From assembly GCA_002269645.1 (NCBI GenBank), contig NIVC01003820.1:11155-75154 (forward strand): a DNA stretch of 64,000 nt, in the 5' to 3' direction. Under the pieces are notes generated by a model. It did not search any database. It was given only the letters and a program-made list of their open reading frames with translations, and was not told the origin of the DNA. Of the stretch, positions 1 to 26,013 are shown piece by piece. The position numbers were made by a program, and so were the translations under genes. Every line of letters begins with the position of its first letter. Position 1 is the stretch's first letter. The stretch is from Macrostomum lignano (taxonomy: Eukaryota).

Positions 1-770
<770 letters not shown>

Positions 771-1117
771 TCGTACTAATACAGTTGCGGTTCACAATGA
801 CTTAAGTGCCAGCTAGGCTGTTTACAAGTTCGTACACTTATTCTGTGCCTTTTTCGACAGAGAAACAGAACGATCGCTTTGAAGCAACGAATAGAGAAGC
901 TTAAAAGCAGGTGATTTTCTATCAAAGAGCTCAGCTTGAAAAACGTTTCGCGGGTGCCTTTTCGCACCCAGAGCAGCCACGAATGCATATAAACAAATTT
1001 AACTTTCGCTTCCGTTGCCTTTCCTCGGGTTCGATTTTACTGAGAAGCACTTCAACGTGAAAGGTTGAAAAGCTCATGGCTCAATAGCAAGAAAGCAAGG
1101 GCCATTATGAATTTACC

Positions 1118-2225
1118 ACTCTCTCCCTCCCTCTCTCCCTCTCCATCTCCCCTCTTCCTCTCCATCTCCCCTCTCCCTCTCCATCTCCCCTCTCCCTCTC
1201 CATCTCCCCTCTCCCTCTCCATCTCCCCTCTCCCTCTCCATCTCCCCTCTCCCTCTCCATCTCCCCTCTCCCTCTCCATCTCCCCTCTCCCTCTCCATCT
1301 CCCCTCTCCCTCTCCGTCTCCCCTCTCTCTCCATCTCCCATTTCTCTCCGTCTCCCCTCTCTCTCCGTCGCCCCTCTCTCTCCGTCACCCCTCTCTCTCC
1401 GTCTCCCCTCTCTCTCCGTCACCCCTCTCTCTCCGTCTCCCCTCTCTCTCCGTCACCCCTCTCTCTTCGTCGCCCCTCTCTCTCCATCTCCCATTTCTCT
1501 CCGTCTCCCCTCTCTCTCCGTCACCCCTCTCTCTCCGTCTCCCCTCTCTCTCCGTCACCCCTCTCTCTCCGTCTCCCCTCTCCCTCTCCGTCTCCCCTCT
1601 CTCTCCATCTCCCATTTCTCTCCGTCTCCCCTCTCTCTCCGTCGCCTTTCTCTCTCCGTCACCCCTCTCTCTCCGTCTCCCCTCTCTCTCCGTCACCCCT
1701 CTCTCTCCGTCTCCCCTCTCTCTCCGTCACCCCTCTCTCTTCGTCACCCCTCTCTCTCCATCTCCCATTTCTCTCCGTCTCCCCTCTCTCTCCGTCACCC
1801 CTCTCTCTCCGTCTCCCCTCTCTCTCCGTCACCCCTCTCTCTCCGTCTCCCCTCTCTCTCCGTCACCCCTCTCTCTTCGTCGCCCCTCTCTCTCCATCTC
1901 CCATTTCTCTCCGTCTCCCCTCTCTCTCCGTCACCCCTCTCTCTCCGTCTCCCCTCTCTCTCCGTCACCCCTCTCTCTCCGTCTCCCCTCTCTCTCCGTC
2001 ACCCCTCTCTCTTCGTCGCCCCTCTCTCTCCATCTCCCATTTCTCTCCGTCGCCCCTCTCTCTCCATCGCCCTCTCTCTCTCCGTCCGTGTCCCCTCTCT
2101 CTCCGTCTCCCCTCTCTCTCTGTCACCCCTCTCTCTCCGTCGCCCTCTCTCTCTCTCTGTCACCCCTCTCTCTCCGTCTCCCCTCTCCCTCTCAGTCTTT
2201 CCCTCTCCGAATCTCCCTCTCTGTC
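1118..2225. repeat. CT-rich minisatellite (CTCTCTCTCCGTCACCC-like units), intronic
   Basis: Pyrimidine-only tandem units; the overlapping ORFs are low-complexity S/P/L or E/R/G. Confidence 0.95.
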
Positions 2226-2386
2226 TCGAACTTGCGCTCATATAATCTTCATTCATCTCATTCCCTTTGGTCGATCTCTCTGATAGCATATTTCACTTCT
2301 CCCTCCTTACGCGTCTCCCGTGCCTCATTGTCTCAGTACCCATGCCGTCACTAAGCCTGCGAGTCCCCAGACCATCAAAAACTCAC

Positions 2387-12821
<10,435 letters not shown>

Positions 12822-13295
12822 GTTTCTCTATCGTTGTAAAAGCAAAAAACCCCAAATGTCTCAAAGATCTGCTTTTGTAGCCAGCTTTTATATCTGTCAT
12901 ACGGATCGTTATTGCCAATTATCTGCGTTGGGAAACATTCAGGCCGGCTTCAGGTAATCCGAGAGCAATTTCTCTTCGGTAATTAATCGCCCGGATCATT
13001 AGGACTCAAGCATAACTTGTTGGATAGCAACTAAAATGATGTAAGAAACTCGAGGCAAAATATCGATTTTGGATTTCCTTGTTGGTGCTAATGAGACGCA
13101 GAATTCGTCACCCGAATCCCAAGATTAGCGGTCTTTATCGACGCGTACCCACTGGAAATATTAGAAGCCTCTTCATCAATAGGTGGTGCGCTTTTATTAT
13201 GAATTTCTAACAGCACAAAATCACCTTTTGATAATGTCAATGCATCACAGATCGACCCCGTATTCAGATGATGTATGCCCTCACTGAAGCCTCTG

Positions 13296-13712
13296 CGGCT
13301 GACATGACGCCTCGGTTCTGACACGACGCTTCAGTTCTGACATTGTGCCTCGGTTCTGACATGTTGCCTTGGTTCTGACACGACGCTTCAGTTCTGACAT
13401 TGTGCCTCGGTTCTGACATGTTGCCTTGGTTCTGACACGACGCTTCAGTTCTGACATTGTGCCTCGGTTCTGACATGAAGCTTCAGTTCTGACATGACGC
13501 TTCAGGTCTGCCATGATGCTTCAGTTCTGACATGATGCTTCGGGTCTGACATGATGCTTCGGGTCTGACATGATGCTACAGTTCTGAAATTGTGTCTTAG
13601 TTCTGACATGATGCTTCAGTTCTGACATTGTGCCTCGGTTCTGACATGACGCCTCGGTTCTGACATGTGACGCCTCGGTTCTGACATGTGACTCCTCGGT
13701 TCTGACATATGA
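13296..13712. repeat. Degenerate 18-21-bp minisatellite (core GTTCTGACAT)
   Basis: Recurrent CTCGGTTCTGACATG / CTTCAGTTCTGACA units. Confidence 0.9.
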
Positions 13713-14297
13713 CGCCTCAGGCCTTCAACTACTTAACTAACCAGTTAGTGGTAAAATCCTGTTTTTAAAGTAAAAAACAACAACAACAAATTCCGTTTCT
13801 GATTCAATAAAATTAAAGCAGGTTCAAGATGAATAAATATTTTATACTTTTAGCAGGATCATTTACTTGTGTAGCACAAAAACATACTAATTACGATATT
13901 AGCTAGTTACAGTGCTTACTAAGTAGTATTATAATATTTAAAAACAGGAATATTCAGAAATGAACAGGTAAGTACCGACAAAGAGCAATTAAAAAATGTA
14001 ATAGTGTGCTTTAATAAGTCGAAGTTATGACCAAAACTAAGTATGAGTTTTAATAAATAATAGAGACAAGTTATATGGGTACGACTTATAGCAACTGAGA
14101 GCCCAAGATGAACGGTCAAAGACGGTTTAATAGCATGTTTTTGTAAGAAGTCCAGCAATTTGCTTTTCCAACTAAGCAAAGGTGAATTGTTTCTAGATGC
14201 AAATGCAGCTTATAGCCCATGAACTAATTGTGTTAAGATTCATGGCTAATATGCTGTAGATTAGCTAATGGTTTATACTTGTAGATATGTGATTCAT

Positions 14298-14670
14298 AGG
14301 CCATAGACTAATGTTTTGTAGATGTGTAACTAGTAGGCCATAGACTAATGTTTTTTATATGTGTGACTAATAGGCCATAGACTAATGTTTTGTAGATGTG
14401 TAACTAGTAGGCCATAGACTAATGTTTTTTATATGTGTGACAAATAGGCCATAGACTAATGTTTTTTATGTGTGACTAATAGGCCATAGACTAATGTTTT
14501 GTAGATATGTGACTAATCGCCCATAGACTAATGTTTTGTAGATGTGTGACTAATCGCCCATAGACTATTGTTTTGTAGATGTGTGACTAATCGCCCATAG
14601 ACTCATGGTTTCTAGATGTGAATAATAGCCCATAGACTAATGGTTTCTAGATGTATGGCTAGCTAATACC
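14298..14670. repeat. About 37-bp minisatellite (GGCCATAGACTAATGTTTTGTAGATGTG...)
   Basis: About 10 degenerate tandem units. Confidence 0.9.
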
Positions 14671-14842
14671 CAATAGAATATAGAGGCTATCAAAGATGCA
14701 GCAATTAGCCAACATACAAATAAAACACGTAGGCTATAGGCTTTGTTGGTCATTTGAAAAACAGTAAAACTTTTTTCAATTTTATGACAACAACCGTTTA
14801 GTACTATGAGTAGTTAGTCATAAACAGAATGTTAAAGCTGCG

Positions 14843-16046
14843 TCACTGCTGCGGACCATAGTAGCCGCCTTCGGTTCGCCAGTCAGGCGCTCCGGTCCCA
14901 CTGGTACCTACTGTCGAGTTTTGATGGTGCGACTGCTGCTGCTGAGGCTGGTTGTTGCTGGTGCCTCCGCTGCCCCTGCCACCCCTGCCACCAGTGAAGA
15001 CGGTCAGAATGAGAAATGCTCCGGAAATCAGGGCGCACAGGAGCGACCAGCCGAGCTTGTCTGAGTGGGTCACGGTTCGAGCAATGCTGGCCGCGATCAG
15101 GCCGCTGATGCCTGGTGGGGAAAGTGAGTTTCGGGAAGTGGCTTGGCAGTTTGGGCTTTGGCGGAGAGTGACGCAATGGGTGAGGCGGAGAGTGATACAG
15201 TGGGTGAGGTGGAGAGTGATACAGTGGGTGAGGCGGAGAGTGACACAGTGGGTGAGGCGGAGAGTGACACAGTGGGTGAGGCGGAGAGTGACACAGTGGG
15301 TGAGGCGGAGAGTGACACAGTGGGTGAGGCGGAGAGTGACACAGTTGGTGAGGCGGAGAGTGACACAGTGGGTGAGGCGGAGAGTGACACAGTGGGTGAG
15401 GCGGAGAGTGACACAGGGGGTGAGGCGGAGAGTGACACAGTTGGTGAGGCGGAGAGTGACACAGTGGGTGAGGCGGAGAGTGACACAGTGGGTGAGGCGG
15501 AGAGTGACACAGTGGGTGAGGCGGAGAGTGACACAGTTGGTGAGGCGGAGAGTGACACAGGGGGTGAGGCGGAGAGTGATACAGTGGGTGAGGTGGAGAG
15601 TGACACAGGGGGTGAGGCGGAGAGTGAAACAGGGGGTGAGGCGGAGAGTGACACGACACAGGGGGTAGGCGAGGAGTGACACAAGAGAGACAAAGATATT
15701 ATATATGGACATATGAGTGACACACAGAGTGCCACAAAGAGTGTGGTGAAGAGTGAAAAGTGGGCCATCTGCGGCCGGCCCAGCCCTCACCTGCCAATAT
15801 CATGCAGCCGGCATCCACAAGCAGCACAATATTATTGCCCTCGAAAATGTCGAGAAAGGTGCAGGCAAACGTGAACGCCAGTCCAATAAAGTAAGTTATT
15901 AAACCGATAATTAAAAAGGCGGTCTTCGCGTCATTCTGTTGAGCGTCGAGCAGGAAGACGTCGTTAGCCGACAGCCAGACAATGAAGCCGATTGAAGACA
16001 GAATGAAGGCCAACCGAAGCCACAGCGGCCGTTCATGGAAGATCAT
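14843..16046 (-). CDS. Small four-transmembrane protein, claudin/PMP22-like, 174 aa
   Basis: Exons 16046-15791 (donor G|GTGAGG) and 15111-14843 (acceptor CCACCAG|), phase 1. Four hydrophobic segments and a Gly/Gln-rich tail. Family assignment from topology only. Confidence 0.7.
15165..15665. repeat. 24-bp minisatellite GTGGGTGAGGCGGAGAGTGACACA
   Basis: About 20 units filling the intron of the four-TM gene. Confidence 0.95.
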
Positions 16047-16548
16047 TTGAGGGCCCGATCAGAGTGCCAGCTTTAGCCAACGGAGACGCGCTAGGAGAGT
16101 GCGTTTTCGCTCTCGCTGTTTTGGGATTTTAGACAGCCGGATTGCTGTTGACACAGCCTTGGAGGAGGGCCGCAGCAACTCTTCCTGCCTGCTCGGTGGA
16201 AAATTGCTCCATTGGACGAGGGCAGGTGTACTTGGCAGAACACTTGGGAAGGAAGGTGGCTGGCCACCGGGCGACCACCTCAATTCTGACGCGTGCCGTA
16301 CTTCCTTCTGAGCTAAACCTGCCCTCTACCTCCCCAGTCCTGTGTCCGTGCCCCTCTAGCTTAGGGGGATTATAGTTAGACACGAGCCCCGCCCTAAGCT
16401 GCCCACCCCAGACCATCTGCCAGGTACTGTACGTGCCAGCAAAACCCAATTCTGTACTCCGATCTGCTGCAAAGATAGCCGCGTTGCACTCGGGTGAAGA
16501 AATCAATTCCAATTGTTCATTGCTAAAAACGAGTTCACGCTTTTTCGG

Positions 16549-17975
<1,427 letters not shown>

Positions 17976-18899
17976 CAGTATAAAAGTGGCACATGACAGG
18001 CACCTAATTGCATAAAAATGAAGGAAAGCTTTAAGAACCAGTTCGGTCACATACCATAACTGCGCATATAAATAAGAATTTTAAATAATTAATGCCTTGA
18101 CTTGACATAGCAAAAATGCGTCTTTATGGGCATACCAAGTCTTGATTAATTCGTTTTTTTAGCTCGCAAGTCTTCTGGCAATAATCTAAGACGGAAATTG
18201 GACTGCAAATGAGCTTTCTGCCAGGGTTTCAGTACTGAACCTGCTGTGTCGTACCTACGAGCGTTAAATGATTTTTTGTTTAAGTACACCAATATTCATT
18301 TTTCAGCCTCTGCTGCTACCACACGGTCACCTCTATTTCATAACGGATCAATTTATATAATTTTATAATTTTTCTAATAAATTTAGAAGTGGAATGTACT
18401 CGCGGTTTTCTGAGACATAGTTAATTGGTTGAATCTTTGTTGAAAAAAACAAGAATGTTGTTCTTTTAAAAGCAAATTTCTCAATAGTTTATTTGTGATG
18501 CAAGTTTTAAGCTGTGCATCAAACTACAAATCCAACACTTAAAGTATCCTATGTTTTAATGAACAATCAGCCTACTAACAAGTAGCAAATATGAGACATG
18601 CAATGGGCTGCCTAGGAAAGACTAAGTTAAACTTGAACTGCCATAGTGCAGAACAATACTCTAATTGAAGTTAGTCCAAGGCCGAATCTCTCAACAACTA
18701 TGAAAATTATTTGAAGGCTTAACTTCGCACATTGGATGTGACCACGCATATACTCTGTCAAATTTAAATATTGAAAAATAAGTCTACCAAAGACTGGAAA
18801 AAGCAAAATTCAAGTTAACATACGTTGATAAAGAGAGCCGAGTCCGATCTGTGGCTGTAAATATTACAGAAACTTATGCACTGTAAGCATGAGATGAAG

Positions 18900-19012
18900 A
18901 GCAGAGATCAGAGACACAGTGTGAGACACAAGGCCGAGATCAGAGACACAGGCTGAGACACAAGGCAGAGGTCAGAAACACAGGCTGAGAGACACGGCAG
19001 AGGCACTGCTAT
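18900..19012. repeat. About 3 copies of the 32-bp unit, inverted relative to the 20.4-21.4 kb array
   Basis: GACACAGGCTGAGACACAAGGCAGAGGTCAGA matches the reverse complement of the array unit at 30 of 32 positions. Confidence 0.85.
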
Positions 19013-19489
19013 ATTGCTTTATCTGTTAAAATAAATCAAGCCTAGACAGACTCAAGTCAAATGCGATATCGATGGGTAGCCTACTCACTTGACAACCCCC
19101 CAACCAGCAGCAACAATACGCCACCACGTTCTACTTTATTGCTCCTAGCCTGCTGACGTCAGTCGATTTGACTGGAACCTAGTTTGAGTCAATCTTTTAA
19201 ATAGATAAAGCAGTTTTCTTTTAGTTGAAGCAAATAAAAGCCGTGAATCTCCTGGTCCACCTCCATAATTGCGGACACGCCTCGGTCTTTAATAGGTAGC
19301 ATCGATTCCCCAAATCACACCTGCTCTGCAGTGGGTGCAATTGCAGCATTTCGTTGGATGAAATCGAAAAATGCGGCACCTTTCGCAGCTCCTGACCATC
19401 GAACCCACCGACTTACAGGTGCCTCATCGGTTCTCCAACCTCAACCCAGCTTCTTACCCGCCCGCCTGCAGCTGAAGCCGCATCTCGCC

Positions 19490-19857
19490 ATGCTCAACAC
19501 GCCTCTCCATCTGCTCCTTCTGTGTCTGACGACCGTCGCTCTCCCCGAGTCGCTCCGCCTGACGGCCACAAGTGGCGAAGGTCTGGAAGCTCTCGTGGCT
19601 CAGGTGAGTGGGTCATCCCACAAGATTAGCACTGCCCATGCATGCAAGCACACGCAGCTTTGTCAGCAGCCTCAGCCTCAAAGTTTTCAGCCCACAGTCG
19701 GCCATGGCAGCCCGAGAGACCACCAGTGAGTTCAGTCGCCGAAGTCCACCAGCTTGCTGTGAAGAAGTGGCGCGGGATGAAGAGAGGATTCTGGGATCGG
19801 TACAAGTACTGCAGCAGCTTCTACCAGCCGCTCTCGTGCTGGGGACTGCCTCGCTAG
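19490..19857 (+). CDS. Putative secreted neuropeptide precursor, 72 aa
   Basis: Exon 19490-19603 (gccATG; signal peptide MLNTPLHLLLLCLTTVALP; donor CAG|GTGAGT) joined to exon 19753-19857 (acceptor CCACCAG|) in phase 0 gives ...LEALVAQLAVKKWRGMKRGFWDRYKYCSSFYQPLSCWGLPR*. Other acceptors are possible. Confidence 0.55.
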
Positions 19858-20414
19858 CGGCTGAGCCATCCACAGACCTGACAAGAGGCCTGACACTCCT
19901 GACGAGAGGAGTCTGACAACTATGACTAGCTCTTGTGTTGTGTACAAAGCTCTTCCTTATCACAGTAGGGCCTAGCGGGGCCGTAGCCAAGAGGTCAGTG
20001 GGGTCCGTGACCCCCATTGGCTGACTAAAGAACATGGAGTCCCCTGACCAGCAGCTCCGGCTCTTTCTTCAAAACTTCCTGTGCCCCCCTACTGAAACTC
20101 CTGACTGCTCCTGCAGCCAGTGCCAATACCCGTACAAGTAGGTCTCGAACGCACCAGAAATCGTCTCTAAGCTCTCAAACGCCCCCACACCGAGCCTCAA
20201 TGTCTCAAACTACTCAAAATATTTTATCAAGTGCAATCGGTAGCAAGTCTGCAGGCGTACTGGCTTTTGTATCTTAATAAGCGCTCGCTTTTGTCCAGAG
20301 CAAATATGCAAGAAGGACTTCATTTTAGTTTCTTGGCATCCAAACAAGTGCCTCAAGTACATTATCCACACCCTGATATTAAGGTAGAGCTTGTGTCCCG
20401 TGCTCAGTAGTGGC

Positions 20415-21450
20415 TGTGTCTCTGATCTCTGCTTTGTGTCTCTAATGTCTGAATTGTGTCTCTGATCTCTGAATTGTGTCTCTGATCTCTGAATTGTGTC
20501 TCTGATCTCTGAATTGTGTCTCTGATCTCTGAATTGTGTCTCTGATCTCTGCCTTGTGTCTCTGATCTCTGCCTTGTGTCTCTGATCTCTGCCTTGTGTC
20601 TCTGATCTCTGCCTTGTGTCTCAGGCTGTGTCTCTGATCTCTGTTTTATGTCTCAGGCTGTGTCTCTGATCTCTGCCTTGTGTCTCAGGCTGTGTCTCTG
20701 ATCTCTGCCTTGTGTCTCAGGCTGTGTCTCTGATCTCTGTTTTGTGTCTCAGGCTGTGTCTCTGATCTCTGCCTTGTGTCTCAGGCTGTGTCTCTGATCT
20801 CTGCCTTGTGTCTCAGGCTGTGTCTCTGATCTCTGTTTTATGTCTCAGGCTGTGTCTCTGATCTCTGCCTTGTGTCTCAGGCTGTGTCTCTGATCTCTGT
20901 TTTGTGTCTCAGGCTGTGTCTCTGATCTCTGCCTTGTGTCTCAGGCTGTGTCTCTGATCTCTGCCTTGTGTCTCAGGCTGTGTCTCTGATCTCTGTTTTA
21001 TGTCTCAGGCTGTGTCTCTGATCTCTGCCTTGTGTCTCAGGCTGTGTCTCTGATCTCTGTTTTATGTCTCAGGCTGTGTCTCTGATCTCTGCCTTGTGTC
21101 TCAGGCTGTGTCTCTGATCTCTGCCTTGTGTCTCAGGCTGTGTCTCTGATCTCTGTTTTGTGTCTCAGGCTGTGTCTCTGATCTCTGCCTTGTGTCTCAG
21201 GCTGTGTCTCTGATCTCTGCCTTGTGTCTCAGGCTGTGTCTCTGACCTCTGCCTTGTGTCTCAGGCTGTGTCTCTGATCTCTGCCTTGTGTCTCAGGCTG
21301 TGTCTCTGATCTCTGCCTTGTGTCTCAGGCTGTGTCTCTGATCTCTGCCTTGTGTCTCAGGCTGTGTCTCTGATCTCTGCCTTGTGTCTCAGGCTGTGTC
21401 TCTGATCTCTGCCTTGTGTCTCAGGCTGTGTCTCTGATCTCTGCCTTGTG
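20415..21450. repeat. 32-bp minisatellite TCTGATCTCTGCCTTGTGTCTCAGGCTGTGTC, with 20-bp precursor units on the left
   Basis: About 26 units of 32 bp preceded by TGTGTCTCTGATCTCTGAAT 20-mers. Confidence 0.95.
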
Positions 21451-22119
21451 TCTCTCTCTCCACGCCTCTCTTTCGCCCTTTCTTCATCTACCTCACCAAC
21501 TCCCCCCTGTAAGCGCCTGCTGCCTAGTGCGTGGTGGCGCGCATGGCAATGATTTTACTCCTGGTATTGCTTATGCAATGTACATCCAGTGTGCTTTCTC
21601 GCCGAATAGGTTGTCCCCAGGTGGCTGGAGTCCTGCGAAATTTTTGCCTTTTCCAACTTCAAGTAGTCTAAAGACCCCCATCCATCGCAATGCATTGTAC
21701 AAAAAGGCCTGAAAATCAGTATAATATATAAGGAGAAGTGAGCCTCAAAATAAAATTTCATAATTTCGTAGTAGGACGTGCACTGAGTGCCTCACTCTTA
21801 AGCCCCTTTCCTCTGATCAGGCGGCAGATCGGCCGCAGCAGAGGGCCAGCTGTCTCAACTGTCTCTGCGCTGCGTAGCCGCGAGGACGAGGGGAGGTCGC
21901 CGCTCCTTGAGGCCTGCAGCTGGATGCCAGGGGAAGAGATGAAGCTGAAAGAGTGGTTAGGGAGAGAACTGTTGAATTTTTTGAAATTCAGCCATAAAAA
22001 ATATAAAATTTGACTTTACGAGCCGAACAGTCTTCCTTACACTCTATCTCATATTTGCTTAGCACTCCCCCCTACTGGGGGACGAAACTATCATGTCACC
22101 CCGTTCGATCACACTTCAC

Positions 22120-22780
22120 AATGTTCCATCACCCTCTCCGATGTTCCATACCCTCTCCGATGTTCCAGCACCCTCTCCGATGTTCCATCACCCTCTCCGA
22201 TGTTTCATCACCCTCTCCGATGTTCCATCACCCTCTCCGATGTTTCATCACCCCTCTCCGATGTCCCAGCACCCTCTCCGATGTTGCATCACCCTCTCCG
22301 ATGTTCCAGCACCCTCTCCGATGTTCCAGCACCCTCTCCGATGTTTCATCACCCCTCTCCGATGTCCCAGCACCCTCTCCGATGTTCCATCACCCTCTCC
22401 GATGTCCCAGCACCCTCTCCGATGTTCCAGCACCCTCTCCGATGTTCCAGCACCCTCTCCGATGTTTCATCACCCTCTCCGATGTTCCATCACCCTGTCC
22501 GATGTTCCATCACCCTGTCCGATGTTCCATCACCCTCTCCGATGTTTCATCACCCTCTCCGATGTTTCATCACCCCTCTCCGATGTTTCATCACCCTCTC
22601 CGATGTTCCATCACCCTCTCCGATGTTTCATCACCCCTCTCCGATGTCCCAGCACCCTCTCCGATGTTCCAGCACCCTCTCCGATGATCCAGCACCCTCT
22701 CCGATGATCCATCAACCTCTACGATGTTCCATCACCCTCTCCGATGTTCCATCACCCTGTCCGATGTTCCATCACTCTCA
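22120..22780. repeat. 20-21-bp minisatellite CACCCTCTCCGATGTTCCAT
   Basis: About 32 units; all overlapping ORFs are repeat translations. Confidence 0.95.
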
Positions 22781-23584
22781 TCCTCATTCTTTCTCATTCC
22801 TCTTCATAAACTTTGAGAACCTTTTTGGCCAAGCGAAATTTTTGTAATAAACAAGGCAAAATGTTTTATTCGAGCCTGGAAATTCCCCCGCCCTTCCTGC
22901 ATCCGGTTCTATCCAAGGAACCCTAACCGAAGCTCGGGATGGACCGCCTACTTTACAAATTGATATTTTAGAACTAAACTGGTATTTCTGATCACCGCAG
23001 CGAATTTATGTAAATACAAATACATCGCCACACTCTGGAATACGTTGGTATCAGTACTCTTGGGACTCGAGCAGTGCAAAATCCCAACGGATCCTATCCT
23101 GTACACCAGCGCAAATACCAGTCAAACTTGTTATTGCTTCTGACTTTGCTGTCTACTAAGCCTAAAGTGGGTGGAGATTAAAAAGAATAATTCTCTACAG
23201 TGAAATTGCGTGCGAGATCGACTTCTACTCTATAAAAGACTCCAACTCCTCAATGGCAATTTCCGATCTCATTTCAAACAGCCTCTCTCCGTGAGCAGAA
23301 CTCCATTGCTGCCGCGTCTCCCTACCCGGGAGGCTTTAACCCGAGGCTCCTTTCCTGCCTGCAGCTCATTCATAACTCTTCCTCTGCTTCTGAGAGCTGC
23401 CTTGTACCAGCGCCGCTCTTTGCTTGCAAACTGGAGAGTCGGGGGCCTTGCTATCGATCTGAGACATCGAGAGGGCGGGCAGCCGCTTTGGCTGAGGCGA
23501 ATATTGAAAGTGATAAGAATGCAGCCATGCATGGAGATGGGCACAGTGGGGGAGCAGGGACCACTGGATGTTACACACATTCCT

Positions 23585-24035
<451 letters not shown>

Positions 24036-24408
24036 TGGTAAAGAGGCATGAAAAGCGGCTGTTCGGATCCCAGAGGCACACTCACTCAAATAGCGTGCTA
24101 AACAGCAATTGTTTCTTCAAATTTCGATCGTCATCATGCCAATTGAAAGGGAAAGCGGTTATGCTTTTTGGTAACTGGTAGTAGAGCTCGGGTTGCTTAA
24201 CTAATTTTTTAGCTCCAGTCCGCATCGCAGTAATTTCGAGTAAAGTATTCGATCTAGAAAAGCAATCAAATTATAAAAAAAATGATCAGGGAAGTTTTGC
24301 TTTTTACGAACTATCAAACAAATAAACACTTAGTTTGAATAGTTTTTCAAATTTTAGTTTCTTTTAAAAAACATTTTGGCGCCAATTTAAACAAATAATC
24401 AAACATAC

Positions 24409-24754
24409 CCGACTGGGAAATCTCGCTGGTCTCAACTTCGGCCAGTTTTGCCGCCACCGCAGCTCCGTTGCCGAGGGGCTCAGAGGACACCAGGGACCAG
24501 AGCAGGTCCCCAGCTTGATACCACTGCTCCTCCTCGAGGAAGAAGTTCTCGTCGTCAATGTACGGAATGTCAGAATCCTCAGCTTGATGACTATCCGACT
24601 GTCGGAGCCCTTTGACCTTCAACGGCGTGAGGGAGTCTGGATAAAGTCGGTCAAGACTACTCCCAGCTTCTAGAACTGGGCCGTTTGTAACAATCCGGTC
24701 GATGCAGTGGTTGCCATGGAGACGAGATGACGCCACAGCTTGTCTGTTGCCCAT
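24409..24754 (-). other. Probable exon of an unidentified gene
   Basis: GC-rich open frame (MGNRQ...DIPYIDDENFFLEEEQWYQAGDLLWS...) ending at a G|GTATGT donor; the reading frame is not certain. Confidence 0.35.
24710..24723. promoter_or_regulatory. RFX X-box motif
   Basis: The reverse complement GTCTCCATGGCAAC matches the X-box consensus GTYNCY-AT-RGNAAC exactly. Confidence 0.5.
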
Positions 24755-26013
24755 AGTCAGTAAGCAGACTGCCCCGGCAATCTACACTCCTCTATGCCGC
24801 GAAATCATTAGGCATGCTTTGTGAAGCCGCTTCTCTGGCCGCGTTATAAAATAGAGGATGGGAGAAAAAGGAAATTGGGGAGAGTCTGGGAGAGAGACAG
24901 GAAGGGATCCGATGAGGAACAGGCTGGCATTGCTCGCGAAGGAGCGGACTCGTGGGAGCAGAGGAGATTGGGCCGCCTGCCTGGCTCTGGCTGTTCGCCC
25001 CTCTGCCAATCCACAGCTTTTTCATTAAAACCGATCGCCCATTCAAACTGGGTGTACGCGTTCGGTGCTTCTGGCCCTCTGCACCTGGGTATAGGCCTTC
25101 TCATCTGGGACACGAGAGTTCTCAGACTGCTCATCATTAATGCACTCTCTTCCTGTACTATATTATACACCTATTCCTGACAAACAGACAGATGGAGAAT
25201 GACTTGGAATGGCTGTTTTCATGATCGATTATTGAATAGCAATCGGTGCTTGAATGGAGCAACTAAGGCGTATGTCGAGACTTATAAAGTTGGGCTTATT
25301 TTCCACAAATTTTCAGTGCAAGGCGACAGTTCTCATTACAAAGCAGAGGCAGAAAGACAAGTCAATTACTTGTGGATCTCGTGGAAGAAAACCCATTCGT
25401 GAAAACTGAAGTCACTGTAACAAGCTCCGCGAACGACTGCCGAACACCCAGACGGCAAACGTAAGAACATAATTGCAATATAGTTTGCAAAAATAAACAC
25501 ATAAATTTAAAGTGAGAAGTCAGTTCTGTGGCTACACCTTTTATTCCCATGACTTGAAAATACAGCAAAGTTTTGCTGAGGTTGGAAGTCTTAAGGCTGT
25601 GCTATATTAGTGTTATACTAGAAATTTGCATACCATACAAGCTCTAGCTATGCTCAACTCTGAACTACACTTACTTAATTGCACAACAGAGAGCCATCGT
25701 TTTAAATCATTAATCATTCCTTGTTTTTGCATTCGATGCCGCATTATGACAACAGCGTTGAATCGGTTTTCATCTGACGGATTGCGACGGTGGGCAAGGC
25801 TTCTAAGTGATTTGCCAATATATATCAGCCTCTGTCAGCGAGGCTTTGGATTGGGAAGATTCCGATGATTTGTTGCTTAATTCTGGAGAATAAGGGCGAG
25901 TTCTGACGAGTCGACGACGTAAAAAGCAAGCTAATGGGTGTTCTTTAAGGCAACTATTAGCCATTTTGTTTAGTGGGGATCTATGCCTATAGAACGCAGC
26001 GCAGTGCTGGGGT

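Noticed and set aside
15097-15790. GEAESDTV, VRRRVTQW and HCVTLRLT repeat proteins
   Set aside because: All are frames of the 24-bp intronic minisatellite.
19975-20115. hAT-type MITE (GGGGCCGTAGCCAAG...)
   Set aside because: Only one end resembles a terminal repeat; no matching inverted end or TSD was found.
24470-24520. PWWP-like motif YQAGDLLWSLVSSEP
   Set aside because: The defining PWWP residues are absent and the reading frame of this island is uncertain.
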